Position numbers and translations under genes: made by a program
The notes under the pieces: model-generated
Databases searched by the model: none
What the model saw: the letters and a program-made list of their open reading frames with translations, nothing else
What the model was told of the DNA's origin: nothing
Shown here: positions 9,733 to 20,325 of the stretch, in pieces
How the letters are laid out: every line of letters begins with the position of its first letter
Numbering within the stretch: position 1 is the first letter of the stretch
DNA from: Candidatus Micrarchaeota archaeon
Lineage (GTDB): Archaea; Micrarchaeota; Micrarchaeia; Micrarchaeales; CABMGC01
Length of the DNA stretch: 64,000 bases
Reading direction: 5' to 3'
Assembly: GCA_021797745.1 (NCBI GenBank)
Contig: JAJZZD010000002.1
Location: 32,156-96,155 of the forward strand

Positions 9733-11019
9733 ATGGAGTACATAGCCGAATTGCATACCCATTCTAAATATGCAGGTGCGTGCAGCGAGCAGCTGACTTT
9801 GGAGAATATGGACGCTGCTGCCCTTACCAAGGGATTAAATATATTGCTCACAGGAGATTTCACCCATCCGCTCTGGTTCAAGGACATAAAGAATAGGTTA
9901 ATTCCAAGCGAAGAAATGGGGCTTTACAGACTAAAGGGTTCAAAAACAGGAACAAAATTCATAATCGGAGGAGAAATAGCTACCATATTCAACAAGAGCG
10001 GTTCCGGCAAGGCCGGCGTTTTCGACGCCACTGGAAACGTCAGTAAGGTGCACCATGTTGTGCTTGTTCCGAACATTGAAACTGCAGAGCAGATAAATGA
10101 GACGCTTGGCAAACTGGGCAACCTTGCAATTGACGGTCGCCCGCAGCTGAACATGAGCGCCTCTGATTTGGTAGAAACGCTGCGCAAAGTAAGCAAAGAA
10201 GTTTTCGTGTTTCCTGCCCACGTGTGGACTCCGTGGTTCGGGGTCCTTGGGTCATTTTCCGGTTATGATTCGATAAAGGAGGCATATGAAGACCAGGCAC
10301 AGCACATACATGCGTTGGAAACTGGGCTAAGCTCAGACCCTGTAATGAATTGGCGCGTTTCTGAACTTGACAATTATGCGCTTCTTTCAGGAGGCGATGC
10401 TCATTCAATTCCAAAGCTTGGCAGGGAGGCGACTTTATTTGACATTGCTGAGAAAAATCTGTCGTACGATTCGATAATCTATGCGATAAAAAACAAGCAG
10501 ATAAAGGGAACGGTGGAATTTTATCCTGAAGAAGGAAAGTACCATTATGACGGTCACAGGAAATGCAGCGTTTCGCTCTCCCCCGAGCAGGCCAGAAAGT
10601 ACAATGGCATATGTCCTGTCTGCAGGAAGCGACTGACAATAGGCGTTCTTCACAGAGTGGAAGAGCTTGCCGACAGGGAGGAAGGATTTGTTCCTGACGG
10701 AGCTGCTCCGTTTGTGCATGCGATACCGTTAATCGAAGTAATTGCGTTTGTAAAAAAGAAAAGCACAGGTTCGGTTTACGTGGCGAAGACGTACAATGAA
10801 CTGGTCAAGAAGTTTGGAAACGAAATGAATGTTTTGCTTAAAAGCACAGTTGACGACATAAAGCACGTGGACAAGGAGCTTGGAAGAGCCATTGAAAACA
10901 TGCGCGAAGACAAGGTACACGTAGTGCCGGGATATGACGGCGTTTTCGGAATAATAGACATTGCAAACAGCGTAAAGGAAGCAAGAAGTCCTGCTCAGAG
11001 AACTATGTCTGAATTCTGA
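9733..11019 (+). CDS. Endonuclease Q family protein (PHP domain + Zn ribbon)
   Basis: LHTHSKY, TGDFTHP.W, DGRP, PAHVWTPWFG, ETGLSSDP.MN, DAHS..KLGREAT, GKYHYDGHRKC, CPVC...LTIGVLHRVEELADR, PGYDGVFG. Confidence 0.92.
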   Translation: MEYIAELHTHSKYAGACSEQLTLENMDAAALTKGLNILLTGDFTHPLWFKDIKNRLIPSEEMGLYRLKGSKTGTKFIIGGEIATIFNKSGSGKAGVFDATGNVSKVHHVVLVPNIETAEQINETLGKLGNLAIDGRPQLNMSASDLVETLRKVSKEVFVFPAHVWTPWFGVLGSFSGYDSIKEAYEDQAQHIHALETGLSSDPVMNWRVSELDNYALLSGGDAHSIPKLGREATLFDIAEKNLSYDSIIYAIKNKQIKGTVEFYPEEGKYHYDGHRKCSVSLSPEQARKYNGICPVCRKRLTIGVLHRVEELADREEGFVPDGAAPFVHAIPLIEVIAFVKKKSTGSVYVAKTYNELVKKFGNEMNVLLKSTVDDIKHVDKELGRAIENMREDKVHVVPGYDGVFGIIDIANSVKEARSPAQRTMSEF

Positions 11020-11052
11020 ACTCTGGCGCACAGAAAATTCTAATGAAATTGC

Positions 11053-12942
11053 GTGCAAATTAATTTATATTTTAATGGGCTTGTATATGTTAGTCAAAGT
11101 GACAGCATGATATCCAAACTGATAATTCCACTTCTGCTTTCGGCGTTTGTAATCGCGTCAGGATTCGGCTCTGCGTACGTTACATCAATAAGGGCGCCTG
11201 CCGTTTTGCAGAACCAGAACACAGGAGCTCTTACCACATTCACGCTCAATCTTACCGCAGGAAACGGAAATGTGACAGTAACAGGGCCCGCTCAGGTAGC
11301 CCAGGACACGCTCCAGTCTGCGCAACAGGCAGTTTCTTTTGCCAGCTCCTACTTGGGCAAGAACGAGTCGCATTACAACTTCGCGTTCACGATATCCGAC
11401 AATGAATCAAACGTTTCGGGCCCTAGCGGAGGAGTGGCGTTTACACTGCTTACAATATCCGCATTCGAAGGCAGGCAGCTTCCGGACAATTTTACTGTTT
11501 CCGGAGTCATAGAACAGAACGGAAGCGTAGGGGCAATAGGCGGAATGTATGATAAAGTGGGAGCAGCCAAGCGGTCAGGGCTGAAATACGTGATACTGCC
11601 GTATGTGCCAAACGACAGCGAGCAATATTTCATATACTACATTTCGCAGCAGGTATATGGAATACCTATAGTCGAGGCACAGAACATATCGCAGGAATTG
11701 CAGTATGTTTTCAACGGCCGCAAAGTTATTCCAATCGTTTTAAATGCATCACAGCATGAAAACGTAAATTCGCTGATGAATGCACAAATAAACTGCACTG
11801 AATGCAATCTATCTGCATTCGGAGAGCTAAGCTCAGGAATAATCTCGGCAGGCAATGCTACTGCGAAAACAATACAGGGCAATTTCAGCACTTTGAAGCA
11901 GGAATGGCTTAATAACCTCAAGCAAGATGGCGCGATTGCGGCAAAAGGCTACTTTTACACCTCTGCAGACTTGGCGTTTCTGCAGTATATTGACGAGTTC
12001 GTAGTGGCAAATATTAAAAACCTAACAGTGGCAAACGCCACGGAATCGATAAACAGCGTTAACGCGTACTGCTCTTCCCTAGTCATTCCGCAGATGAACA
12101 GCGGGAATTACGAATTCATAATAGGCGGCAACCTGAGGGCATTATGGGCAAACCAGACTCTCGGCATTGCGGCGCAGCTACTGAATCAGACAGAATCGAC
12201 AGACGGCATAATAGAAAGTTACAGCTACATTGCGCAGGCATATGGATGGTGCCAGGGCGCGGGCCAGCTGTACCAGATTGCCACGACCATCAACGGCACA
12301 GACGTATCAATTTCCGAAAATTCCCTGAAGTCTGCCGCGGCATACGAGATAAACAAGGCCAAAATGTTCGGAAACGCGGATTCACTTTACCTGAATGCGT
12401 CGCTTAGCAGCTACAATTCAGGAGACTACGCCACATCGCTTTATTCTGCCGTTTACGCAGATGTATTCGACAATCAATCGCTCGGCAGGAATATGACTAC
12501 TGCGCAGCTACTGAATCAGACCCTGCAGAACATGAACAAAACCAACATCGGGAACTGGCCTTCTGAATTCGGAGCGAGTGCCGAATTCTACATAAACCAG
12601 GCAAATTCAGAAACAAACATCAGCCAGAAAAACAGCTCTGTTTTCGAGGCATATGTATTTTCAGAGCTTGCCCTGGGGCTGCAGGCTGCCAACTCGCAGA
12701 TAAAGGGCGCATTTGCATATCCGAGCCTTACAGGCGCAACACAGCTCAACAGTCTTTCGAATGCCGTTAACAGAGTGTCATACGAAATCAAACTGCTCGG
12801 CTCCTTGCTTGTCGCAGTAGTGATACTGTTGATAGTGATATTCATTGTGCTAGCAATTGTACTCTACGAAATAAGGATGCACAGATACGGAAAAACTTTG
12901 GCAAACAGGCAGAGAAGGACAATGCGCAGAGGCAGAAGATAA
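11053..12942 (+). CDS. Secreted, membrane-anchored S16 (Lon-like) serine protease without ATPase domain
   Basis: Signal-like N-terminus, VSGPSGG (Ser) and VGAIGG.YDK (Lys) dyad, many N-x-S/T sequons, C-terminal TM with basic tail; start likely ATG ~11107. Confidence 0.85.
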   Translation: MQINLYFNGLVYVSQSDSMISKLIIPLLLSAFVIASGFGSAYVTSIRAPAVLQNQNTGALTTFTLNLTAGNGNVTVTGPAQVAQDTLQSAQQAVSFASSYLGKNESHYNFAFTISDNESNVSGPSGGVAFTLLTISAFEGRQLPDNFTVSGVIEQNGSVGAIGGMYDKVGAAKRSGLKYVILPYVPNDSEQYFIYYISQQVYGIPIVEAQNISQELQYVFNGRKVIPIVLNASQHENVNSLMNAQINCTECNLSAFGELSSGIISAGNATAKTIQGNFSTLKQEWLNNLKQDGAIAAKGYFYTSADLAFLQYIDEFVVANIKNLTVANATESINSVNAYCSSLVIPQMNSGNYEFIIGGNLRALWANQTLGIAAQLLNQTESTDGIIESYSYIAQAYGWCQGAGQLYQIATTINGTDVSISENSLKSAAAYEINKAKMFGNADSLYLNASLSSYNSGDYATSLYSAVYADVFDNQSLGRNMTTAQLLNQTLQNMNKTNIGNWPSEFGASAEFYINQANSETNISQKNSSVFEAYVFSELALGLQAANSQIKGAFAYPSLTGATQLNSLSNAVNRVSYEIKLLGSLLVAVVILLIVIFIVLAIVLYEIRMHRYGKTLANRQRRTMRRGRR

Positions 12943-12955
12943 AAAAGGCTGAACC

Positions 12956-13414
12956 ATGGAGCTTCAGGACCCTTTTTGCGACGAAGGAATATACAGGCAG
13001 GTCTTCTACGAAAGTGACAAATTCATAGTTGTGTATAACATACATCCAATTTTGCCCGGGCATTCCCTGATAATATCAAAGAGGCACGTGCTGCAGATGA
13101 CGGAATTGAATGAGGAAGAGTTCATCGACTTCGCAAAGGTGCTGAAAACAGTCATACCCAAGCTGCTAAAAGTTTATGGCGCAGACTCTTATAATCTATC
13201 TGTAAATTCGGGCGAAAAATCAGGAGCGAAGGTATTCCATTTTCACATGCACATAGTGCCGAGAGGGCGTGTAAAAAATTTCTTAGAAGGGAACTCTGAA
13301 TTCTACGAAACGCTAGAAGAGGAAAAATCAATTTTCAAGTCAGATTCAAACGACATAGAAAGGAACCTGCAACTTCTCAGGAAAGCCTTCAAATATTCGC
13401 AAAAGAGGAAATGA
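12956..13414 (+). CDS. HIT family hydrolase
   Basis: DPFC, PGHSLIISKRH, HFHMHIVPR histidine triad. Confidence 0.92.
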   Translation: MELQDPFCDEGIYRQVFYESDKFIVVYNIHPILPGHSLIISKRHVLQMTELNEEEFIDFAKVLKTVIPKLLKVYGADSYNLSVNSGEKSGAKVFHFHMHIVPRGRVKNFLEGNSEFYETLEEEKSIFKSDSNDIERNLQLLRKAFKYSQKRK

Positions 13415-14258
13415 GTATCGCCAAGAGCGCAATGGTCATAGCAAGCAGAGAAATGTTCCTGGAAAGGTCGTAAAAACCGCTTTTTTTGCTTTTGACAAGA
13501 ACATATCCTATTCCAGAATATAAAATCAATATGTCGCTCGCTGCCATCATGCTCAGGAATACAAGGTTGTAGGAGAAAGGAGCTACGTAAAGGAACAGGT
13601 ACACGCTAAGGGATATGGCAATCAGATATAAAATGAGCGCCAAATACGAAGAACCTCTGGTGCCAACAAGCTTTGGCAGATTCACTGATTCTCTTTCTTT
13701 TATATCTCCCCGATAGTCGCGTATAGTTCCGTGTATCTCCCTTGCGAGTCCACTTAAAAACACCATAATGGATATTGCAATAATCGCATACGGCAAAACA
13801 TTTGACACCACATAGCTTCCATATATGAATGGTATCACCATTGCCAGCGCTATGTAAATGTTCCCGACAAGCAGGATTTCCTTGAGCTTATAGCTGTAAA
13901 GAAACGCGAGTGCCGCAAATACTAGCGCTATTGCAAATGCGTAAAGGTTAATCATGGCGCTTGCGATTATTCCAAGGGAAAAGGCAAGCACAGCAGTATA
14001 CAGCGCAGTTTTGGGCTTAAGGGCGCCGCTGACAAGCGGCCTGCCCATTTTCTTGTTCAGCCTGTCGACTTTTATGTCGAAATAGTCGTTTATCGCAAAA
14101 GAGCCCATGCTTATCAAAATTGGAGTGAGAAGGCTTAATACGAGAATGTACATTGATGGAATTCCGAAAGCTATCCGTTCGGCAGCAAGAACCGCTATGA
14201 CAAGCATCATGCTGTGTTCTATCCTTGTCAGCTTGAGCAGCTCGATGATTTTGTTCAT
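13389..14258 (-). CDS. UbiA family prenyltransferase (DGGGP synthase-like)
   Basis: NDYFD...DRLN...RPLVSG, YSYKLK..L.GN, REI..TIRD..GD; multi-TM; start at ATG 14258. Confidence 0.88.
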   Translation of the reverse strand: MNKIIELLKLTRIEHSMMLVIAVLAAERIAFGIPSMYILVLSLLTPILISMGSFAINDYFDIKVDRLNKKMGRPLVSGALKPKTALYTAVLAFSLGIIASAMINLYAFAIALVFAALAFLYSYKLKEILLVGNIYIALAMVIPFIYGSYVVSNVLPYAIIAISIMVFLSGLAREIHGTIRDYRGDIKERESVNLPKLVGTRGSSYLALILYLIAISLSVYLFLYVAPFSYNLVFLSMMAASDILILYSGIGYVLVKSKKSGFYDLSRNISLLAMTIALLAILISSFANI

Positions 14259-14375
14259 GCCAACTCCGATCATTTCATGCAAATTAACCAATAAAAAGCC
14301 CGCCGTTAAGCGCAATTCCATTGCAATAGATAAGCGTATAAAGGAAAAAATGCATAATGATAGTGATGACTGCAA

Positions 14376-14930
14376 ATGCAGATATTACATGGGTTGCCGA
14401 CCCAATGTGATTTTGAAAGACGCGTCATTATAAGTGCAGGAGAGCTAAGTCCTAACGAATTAGACAGGCTAGTTGAAACAATTGGCGAAATTCCTAATTT
14501 TACAATAGAAAAACCTGAAAAAGACCCGATTTTAGGTTTACGCAGGGATGAGCAAGTACGTTCGCATGAGCCGCCGAGATATAATAGATGCACGCTGGAT
14601 GGCGCGCCGGCATTAGAGTTTTACGTGGTAATAAAAAGGCCTTGGGAAAAGTATGGAGAACAGACGCGCGAAAAATACTGCGTAATTTTGGCTGCCAGAG
14701 AGGCATTAATATTGCCGATAATGAGCGACGATAAGTATGATTCTGAGTCTCATAGGCTGGTGGCTACAATAAATAAAGTATACGAAAACGCCGGTTACAA
14801 ACGGTATGAGCGTATCCTCGAAGAAGCTCGAAACGAAGAGTGTAAGAGACTACTTAGGCACACAGGCGACGCGGACCTGAAATTGCCTGATGGACTTGAG
14901 CCGATAGACGGCGAGGCAGAATGGCTATGA
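14376..14930 (+). CDS. Hypothetical protein
   Basis: 184-aa ORF filling the gap, natural-looking composition, no motif. Confidence 0.5.
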   Translation: MQILHGLPTQCDFERRVIISAGELSPNELDRLVETIGEIPNFTIEKPEKDPILGLRRDEQVRSHEPPRYNRCTLDGAPALEFYVVIKRPWEKYGEQTREKYCVILAAREALILPIMSDDKYDSESHRLVATINKVYENAGYKRYERILEEARNEECKRLLRHTGDADLKLPDGLEPIDGEAEWL

Positions 14931-15049
14931 GCATATGCATGAAGAAATGTGGCGACACGCAATCAGAAAGCGGAAAAGTGCACTGTGCAGGTTCAATCAA
15001 AAAGCCGCTCTTTAATCGCAATATGAGAAAATTTACAAAATAATAAAAG

Positions 15050-15901
15050 ATGCAAAATATGGGAAACGCAGAAAAAGCACCTTCTGGATGTAACGACCAA
15101 AAGCAGTTGGGAACATCCACAAGAACAGTAGTTTATTCAATTGCTTATTCGGGCGAGGCAGAAAAATTCTCCCAGGATTCTTTCATTAACAGGCTAATAC
15201 AAAATTTCGTATCGAATGATTTCAAATCAGGTCATGCAACCCCTGGCGAGTCTGCCAAGATCATTCTGGTAAATAAGGATTATGACGTGATGATAGACAA
15301 CGGAAATGTATGCGCACGCTTTGCTGTTAGCAGCAAATTCGGTGATTTCGAAGTGCAGGTCATGCCTAAAGCAGGAGATGGGATAATAAACATAGAATCA
15401 GCCTGTGAAATTTCACCTGATCTGAAAAATTTCATAAACGAAATTGTCGAAAATACAGAAAGCGTTAACGAGCCTATCAGCGAAAACACATATTCGATAC
15501 AGAGTGATGACGAAAACACATTCGACATGCTGCTTAGGCTAAACGACACTGAATTTGACACATTTGCCGAACTTGTTAGCAATGGCGGATTTTCAGATGC
15601 AATAAAATCGTCCTTGGAAAAAGCCGGTTTTAAGGAGGAAAAGTTTCAGGGCGAACCAGTTGCATCGCCGGCTTTCTCTTTTCTTGCTTTTTCTTTAGGC
15701 AACGATAAATATGAGTGCATAATATCGATAGACAGCAAAAATGAAGAGTTGCGCTTAGAGATTATCGGAAATCAGTACAAATCGATGCAGATAATAGACT
15801 GCGTAAAAGAGGCTACGCAGAGGCTTAGGCGCTACATTGAATACGATTTTAGCGCAGGCACGAACACAATGGATGACCTGTGCAAGATAATGAAACGCTG
15901 A
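15050..15901 (+). CDS. Hypothetical acidic protein
   Basis: 283-aa ORF, no motif recognised. Confidence 0.55.
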   Translation: MQNMGNAEKAPSGCNDQKQLGTSTRTVVYSIAYSGEAEKFSQDSFINRLIQNFVSNDFKSGHATPGESAKIILVNKDYDVMIDNGNVCARFAVSSKFGDFEVQVMPKAGDGIINIESACEISPDLKNFINEIVENTESVNEPISENTYSIQSDDENTFDMLLRLNDTEFDTFAELVSNGGFSDAIKSSLEKAGFKEEKFQGEPVASPAFSFLAFSLGNDKYECIISIDSKNEELRLEIIGNQYKSMQIIDCVKEATQRLRRYIEYDFSAGTNTMDDLCKIMKR

Positions 15902-15942
15902 AAGCAGCAAGCATTATTTAATTTTCCAATTCTCAGATAGTA

Positions 15943-16770
15943 GTGTTTTGTGGTTGCTTGAAATACGTCGCACTATACTTCATCATATTTCTTGCAGTTA
16001 TTGGCATTTCGCATGCGGGCACTGTCACGCTTACCGGCACGTGCCAGGGTGCAGTACGCAACAACACTCTATCTTTTAGTCTTTCGAACAGCGGCAACGA
16101 TACTGCAATAGATTTCAGCGTGGTGCCAGTAGTGCAGGACGCCACTGTTTCAGGAGCATATTCGATAAATTCACTGGGTCCCGGTGAAACTTATCCTTTG
16201 CAAATCAAACTTGCTAACATAACTGCAAAGGGCACCTATGACGATTACATAAAGGCATCCTATACGCAGGGAGGTTCGGTGTTTAGCGCGGTATTCCCCT
16301 GCCAGCTCGTTTTTGGTATGCCGACGCGTTCGGTTCTGGCGCTTACGGCGCAGGTAAGCAACCAGAGCAACGGCGATAAAAACATCAGCATAAACCTTTA
16401 CAATTCAGGCAATTCAAGCGTGCTTGCGAACGTGTCATTGATAGCGCCGCCGTCGTTTGAATTCGCAGGTAAAAACAGCCAAATGGTTTCTATTCCGCCA
16501 TTCGAGTATGGCCAGCTGTCTTTCGATGTTCGGATACCAGAAACAGGCACCAATGCAACATATGAGGTTGCGGCGACAGCCGGCTATTTTGCAGGCGGTT
16601 TGCATTATGCAACATTATTGAACATAGCAGTAAGCGAAACGGGCAGCAGGGCAAATTCCGGCGATTTGCTGCTTTATATGTCAATTGCCGCAATACTGAT
16701 TTTATTGGCATTGGCGTTTATTGCCGCTTTGCGAAAAAGGCGAAAAAAGCAGATTCTTCTTACTGCATAA
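15943..16770 (+). CDS. Surface protein with signal peptide, Ig-like beta domains and C-terminal TM anchor
   Basis: Hydrophobic N-terminus, LSNSGND.A and LYNSG motifs, TM followed by RKRRKK. Confidence 0.7.
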   Translation: MFCGCLKYVALYFIIFLAVIGISHAGTVTLTGTCQGAVRNNTLSFSLSNSGNDTAIDFSVVPVVQDATVSGAYSINSLGPGETYPLQIKLANITAKGTYDDYIKASYTQGGSVFSAVFPCQLVFGMPTRSVLALTAQVSNQSNGDKNISINLYNSGNSSVLANVSLIAPPSFEFAGKNSQMVSIPPFEYGQLSFDVRIPETGTNATYEVAATAGYFAGGLHYATLLNIAVSETGSRANSGDLLLYMSIAAILILLALAFIAALRKRRKKQILLTA

Positions 16771-16787
16771 TATTGCGTTGCAGCATT

Positions 16788-18524
16788 TCATGAAAATCCG
16801 AAAATACGGTAGAATGCCACTGTTTCCCCGTTTCCTGCTCCTGCAGAAGCTATTGTTGAAATAGGATACGCGCTTTTGGCCTGGGCGCATGTCGTGCTTT
16901 CATATGGCGGCACCACGCACCAGTATCCGTAATCCACGACTACGCATGAATAATTTTTGAACGTGCTTTCCAAGCTCTGGTTGGCACCGAACAGGTAGTT
17001 GATTTCAGCAGATGTTCTGTTTACGTTATACCAAATTTCAGGAGTAAACGAAAACACCAGGCAGTTTGACGGCACTTTGCTATAGTTTGCGTAGAAGAAA
17101 TTCATAGCGTTAAGTATGACGCTCTGCTGCGGCATGTTTTGCGGCAGGATTGTCACATTGGGGATGAGCATGGCAAACGGAAACAACACAAATATTATTG
17201 CGAACGCAGAAAAAATGATTGCCTTGTAAACTGGCTTTCTGCCCGGGCTCTTGGATTCGCCGGATTTCGAATCTTCAATTTTATCGGTTATTACAAGTAG
17301 CGGAAGCGCGGCCAGCAGTGCGATGCATGGCATCAGTGAAAGCATGAACCTGACGTCAACCCCGTATGTTGCGGCGCCTGCGTAGAACGCAGTATAGAAT
17401 ATGAAGTATGTTGCGAACCAGAAAACCAGAAGCAAGAGGATACCAAATCTATTTTCGCGGCGTGAAAACAGCGCAACGGCAGCTATACCTGCCAGTGCCA
17501 ACGGAAACACGAGAACAGGAAAAGCCGTTGGATAATTGCCAATAGAATTGAATTCGCCAAGCAGATAGCCAGCGTTTATTGGAAAGTTATGCATGAAATT
17601 ATTCAAAGATATCACAGACTGGTTTGAGGGCTGGCCGTAAGACGGCTGACTTGACTCTATCGAGAAATAGTAGATTGCGGGCATCAGAAGAAGCAGAACA
17701 AGCACAAGCAGCAACAGCAGCTTAATGTCGTTCAGCAGGGCGTTTGCCACAAGTTTCAGCCGTTCCTTGATGGTTTTTAGTATTCCCGAGTCTCCGAAAG
17801 CGAAAAACAGAATAAGAAACAGGGGTATGAGCAAAATTCCCTCTATGCGCATGTAAACTGCCAGCACAGCGCTGAAAGAAAACATTGCAAAAGTCTTCTT
17901 GTTGGGTTTCTGCGAGAATACAACAAAGAAAAAGAATGCAAACACTGTAAGCATCATGAACGGCAGGTCTATGTCTGCCTGGGTTCTGGCCCATATGAAA
18001 AGCTCAGGCATCAGCGCAAAAACGGCAGTTGAAAAAACAGCTGCATACTTGTTTTTTAACAATATACTAGATAGAAGGAATACGCCTGCTATTGAGAGAA
18101 TGCCTACAAGCAGTTCGAGGGCGTATGCGGTAGACGTGGTTGTTCCGAAAACACCGAAAGCCATAGCTATGAATACCGACCATGCCGCAGGGTCATGGTA
18201 AAGTGAATCCACATAGCACACGTTCAAGTTGCCGGTTCCGTACTGGCACCACAGCGCCTGGCCGCTGTGCAGTATGTTCACTGCAATGCCCTGGTATATG
18301 TTCTCGTCGAAATACAGCTGCTCGGCAGGGTGCACGAAAAGCAGCGAGAACATGAGAAAAAATCCGGCAATCACGGCAAAAGACAGAAGCGAATGCCTGT
18401 TCACATTGCCTTTAATAAGCTGTGAAAGCTCGTGCCTTCCCTTGATTATAGAAAAAACCAGAAGGATGAATGAAGAAAGAACGGCAGCTGTTATTGCATA
18501 TCCAATTATCATATCGTCAGCCAA
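16788..18524 (-). CDS. GT-C fold (PMT/ArnT, GT39-like) membrane glycosyltransferase
   Basis: Multi-TM, FDENIY after the first helices, YMRIEG, DVRFMLSLMP. Confidence 0.75.
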   Translation of the reverse strand: MADDMIIGYAITAAVLSSFILLVFSIIKGRHELSQLIKGNVNRHSLLSFAVIAGFFLMFSLLFVHPAEQLYFDENIYQGIAVNILHSGQALWCQYGTGNLNVCYVDSLYHDPAAWSVFIAMAFGVFGTTTSTAYALELLVGILSIAGVFLLSSILLKNKYAAVFSTAVFALMPELFIWARTQADIDLPFMMLTVFAFFFFVVFSQKPNKKTFAMFSFSAVLAVYMRIEGILLIPLFLILFFAFGDSGILKTIKERLKLVANALLNDIKLLLLLVLVLLLLMPAIYYFSIESSQPSYGQPSNQSVISLNNFMHNFPINAGYLLGEFNSIGNYPTAFPVLVFPLALAGIAAVALFSRRENRFGILLLLVFWFATYFIFYTAFYAGAATYGVDVRFMLSLMPCIALLAALPLLVITDKIEDSKSGESKSPGRKPVYKAIIFSAFAIIFVLFPFAMLIPNVTILPQNMPQQSVILNAMNFFYANYSKVPSNCLVFSFTPEIWYNVNRTSAEINYLFGANQSLESTFKNYSCVVVDYGYWCVVPPYESTTCAQAKSAYPISTIASAGAGNGETVAFYRIFGFS

Positions 18525-18532
18525 ATGCCTCT

Positions 18533-20251
18533 TCAGGCGTTTTTATTCTCCACATAGAAATTGCCGAGAAACATGTACTTTGTCCTTGTCGCTTTCATTG
18601 TGTTTATTGCGTCCTCTGGGCTCAAGACTATCGGCATACCGTGAATGTTGAAGCTCGTGTTCAAAACAATCCCATAGCCCTGTTTTTTCCTTATGCGCTC
18701 CAGTACGTCGCGGTACCCGGAATTCTGGTCTGATACTATGTGGGGCCTTGCAGTCATGTCCACATGCATGACCGATTTCATCTCGCTCGCTTTGTCTTCT
18801 TTGACTTTGTAAGCCATTGTCATGAAGCTGTCGTATCCTTTTACGCTGTCGAAAAGTTTCCTGGCATCTTCCTTTAGCACGCTTGGAGCGAATGGCTGGT
18901 ACCACTCGCGCTGCTTAACATAAAGATTAAGCCTGTCCTTTACGTGTTCTGAATCTGCTTTTGCGATTATGCTTCTGTTCCCTAGAGCACGGGGCCCGTA
19001 TTCCATGCGATCCTGGAACCAGAATACGTAATTGTCACTTGCAATCAAATCTGCGGCATGAGAACCCTTGTTGCTATCGCGTTCGAACTCGATATGTTTC
19101 TCCGTTTTAAGCACTGTCTTTATTTCGTTATCGGAATAAGAATTGCCGAAATAAACATTCTTGAAATCGTAGCTGCTTACTCCGTTCAACGCGTAATTTG
19201 CATACATGGCCGAGCCAAGGGCTATTCCGCCATCGCCCATGTGCGGGAACACAAACCAGTTCCGCACACTTTTCATATTCCTGACTTCCATGTTTGCCTT
19301 GACGTTTGAAAATACGCCGCCTGCAAATGCAATGTCGTGTATTCCGAATCGCTCTATTGCGTTGCCTATGTACTTTGTAAGTGTGTTTTCTAGAAGCTGC
19401 TGCGCAAAATACGCAAGCTGCTCTCTTGGAGTCGACCATGAAATGGCTTCGAGCTTGCCGTACTGCGCGACAGGTCCGTATTTAGCAGACATGTCTATCC
19501 CGTTTACCGCAATGAAGTCCTTCAGCTTGTTTTTCTCGAATGCAAACGGAAAGGAATAGTCGGCCATGGCCATCACTTTTCCCTCGTCCTCTAGTTCTCT
19601 CATGCCCACCAGATTCGTGACCTGCTCGTATAGGATTCCGACAGAGTCCCTCGCTTTTATCTCATGTTTCCTCTCCAATTTTCCCTTGTTCAGCAAGCTT
19701 ATTGTGCTGCATAGCCCGTCTCCGTAACCGTCGACTGTTACCACAAGCGCCTTTTTGAAGCCGCTAGCAAACGCGGCCGATGCCGCATGAGCGGCATGAT
19801 GATTCACTACATGAAGCTTGAAATTCCTGAATCCTAAATGCCTGAGATGCCTTGCAACAACCGCCTTGCTCAGCATATTTCCAAGCGGGAGTACTCCGAC
19901 AAGATTTTCCGCGTATTTAAGCCGGTACTGGAAACCACGCGTTCTGTACATGAGCCCTTCGAATCCGCTGTTCGACAGCTTCCTCCTTCTCAGCTTGTAG
20001 TATTTCTCCATCTGGAACGGGAAAACCCGCGACACAGTCTTGGCGAATTCTGTTGTTGAGAACGCAATGTCGTGTATGTCGGCCGGTTTTATCCCAGCAT
20101 ATGAAAGCGCTGCGTTAATCGCGTTGTAAGGAAACTGTATTTCAAGCTTTCTCTTGGTGTACCTTTCTTCGTTGGCAGCGAACAATATCTTGTTGTCCTC
20201 TATGAGCGCGGCTCCTGAGTCATGTCCATCCCATACGCCCAAAACATACAT
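18533..20251 (-). CDS. Carbamoyltransferase (NodU/CmcH family)
   Basis: GHDSGAAL, NEERYTKRK, HHAAHAASA, VDGYGD, EGKVMAMA, GDGGIALG, EYGPRALGNRSI, REWYQPFAPS, LNTSFNIHG.PIV. Confidence 0.95.
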   Translation of the reverse strand: MYVLGVWDGHDSGAALIEDNKILFAANEERYTKRKLEIQFPYNAINAALSYAGIKPADIHDIAFSTTEFAKTVSRVFPFQMEKYYKLRRRKLSNSGFEGLMYRTRGFQYRLKYAENLVGVLPLGNMLSKAVVARHLRHLGFRNFKLHVVNHHAAHAASAAFASGFKKALVVTVDGYGDGLCSTISLLNKGKLERKHEIKARDSVGILYEQVTNLVGMRELEDEGKVMAMADYSFPFAFEKNKLKDFIAVNGIDMSAKYGPVAQYGKLEAISWSTPREQLAYFAQQLLENTLTKYIGNAIERFGIHDIAFAGGVFSNVKANMEVRNMKSVRNWFVFPHMGDGGIALGSAMYANYALNGVSSYDFKNVYFGNSYSDNEIKTVLKTEKHIEFERDSNKGSHAADLIASDNYVFWFQDRMEYGPRALGNRSIIAKADSEHVKDRLNLYVKQREWYQPFAPSVLKEDARKLFDSVKGYDSFMTMAYKVKEDKASEMKSVMHVDMTARPHIVSDQNSGYRDVLERIRKKQGYGIVLNTSFNIHGMPIVLSPEDAINTMKATRTKYMFLGNFYVENKNA

Positions 20252-20325
20252 AATTTCACTCCGAGAATGCCTCTGAAACACAGTGCGGTATTACTTAGAA
20301 ATGCACGTCTAATTTAAAATATTGC

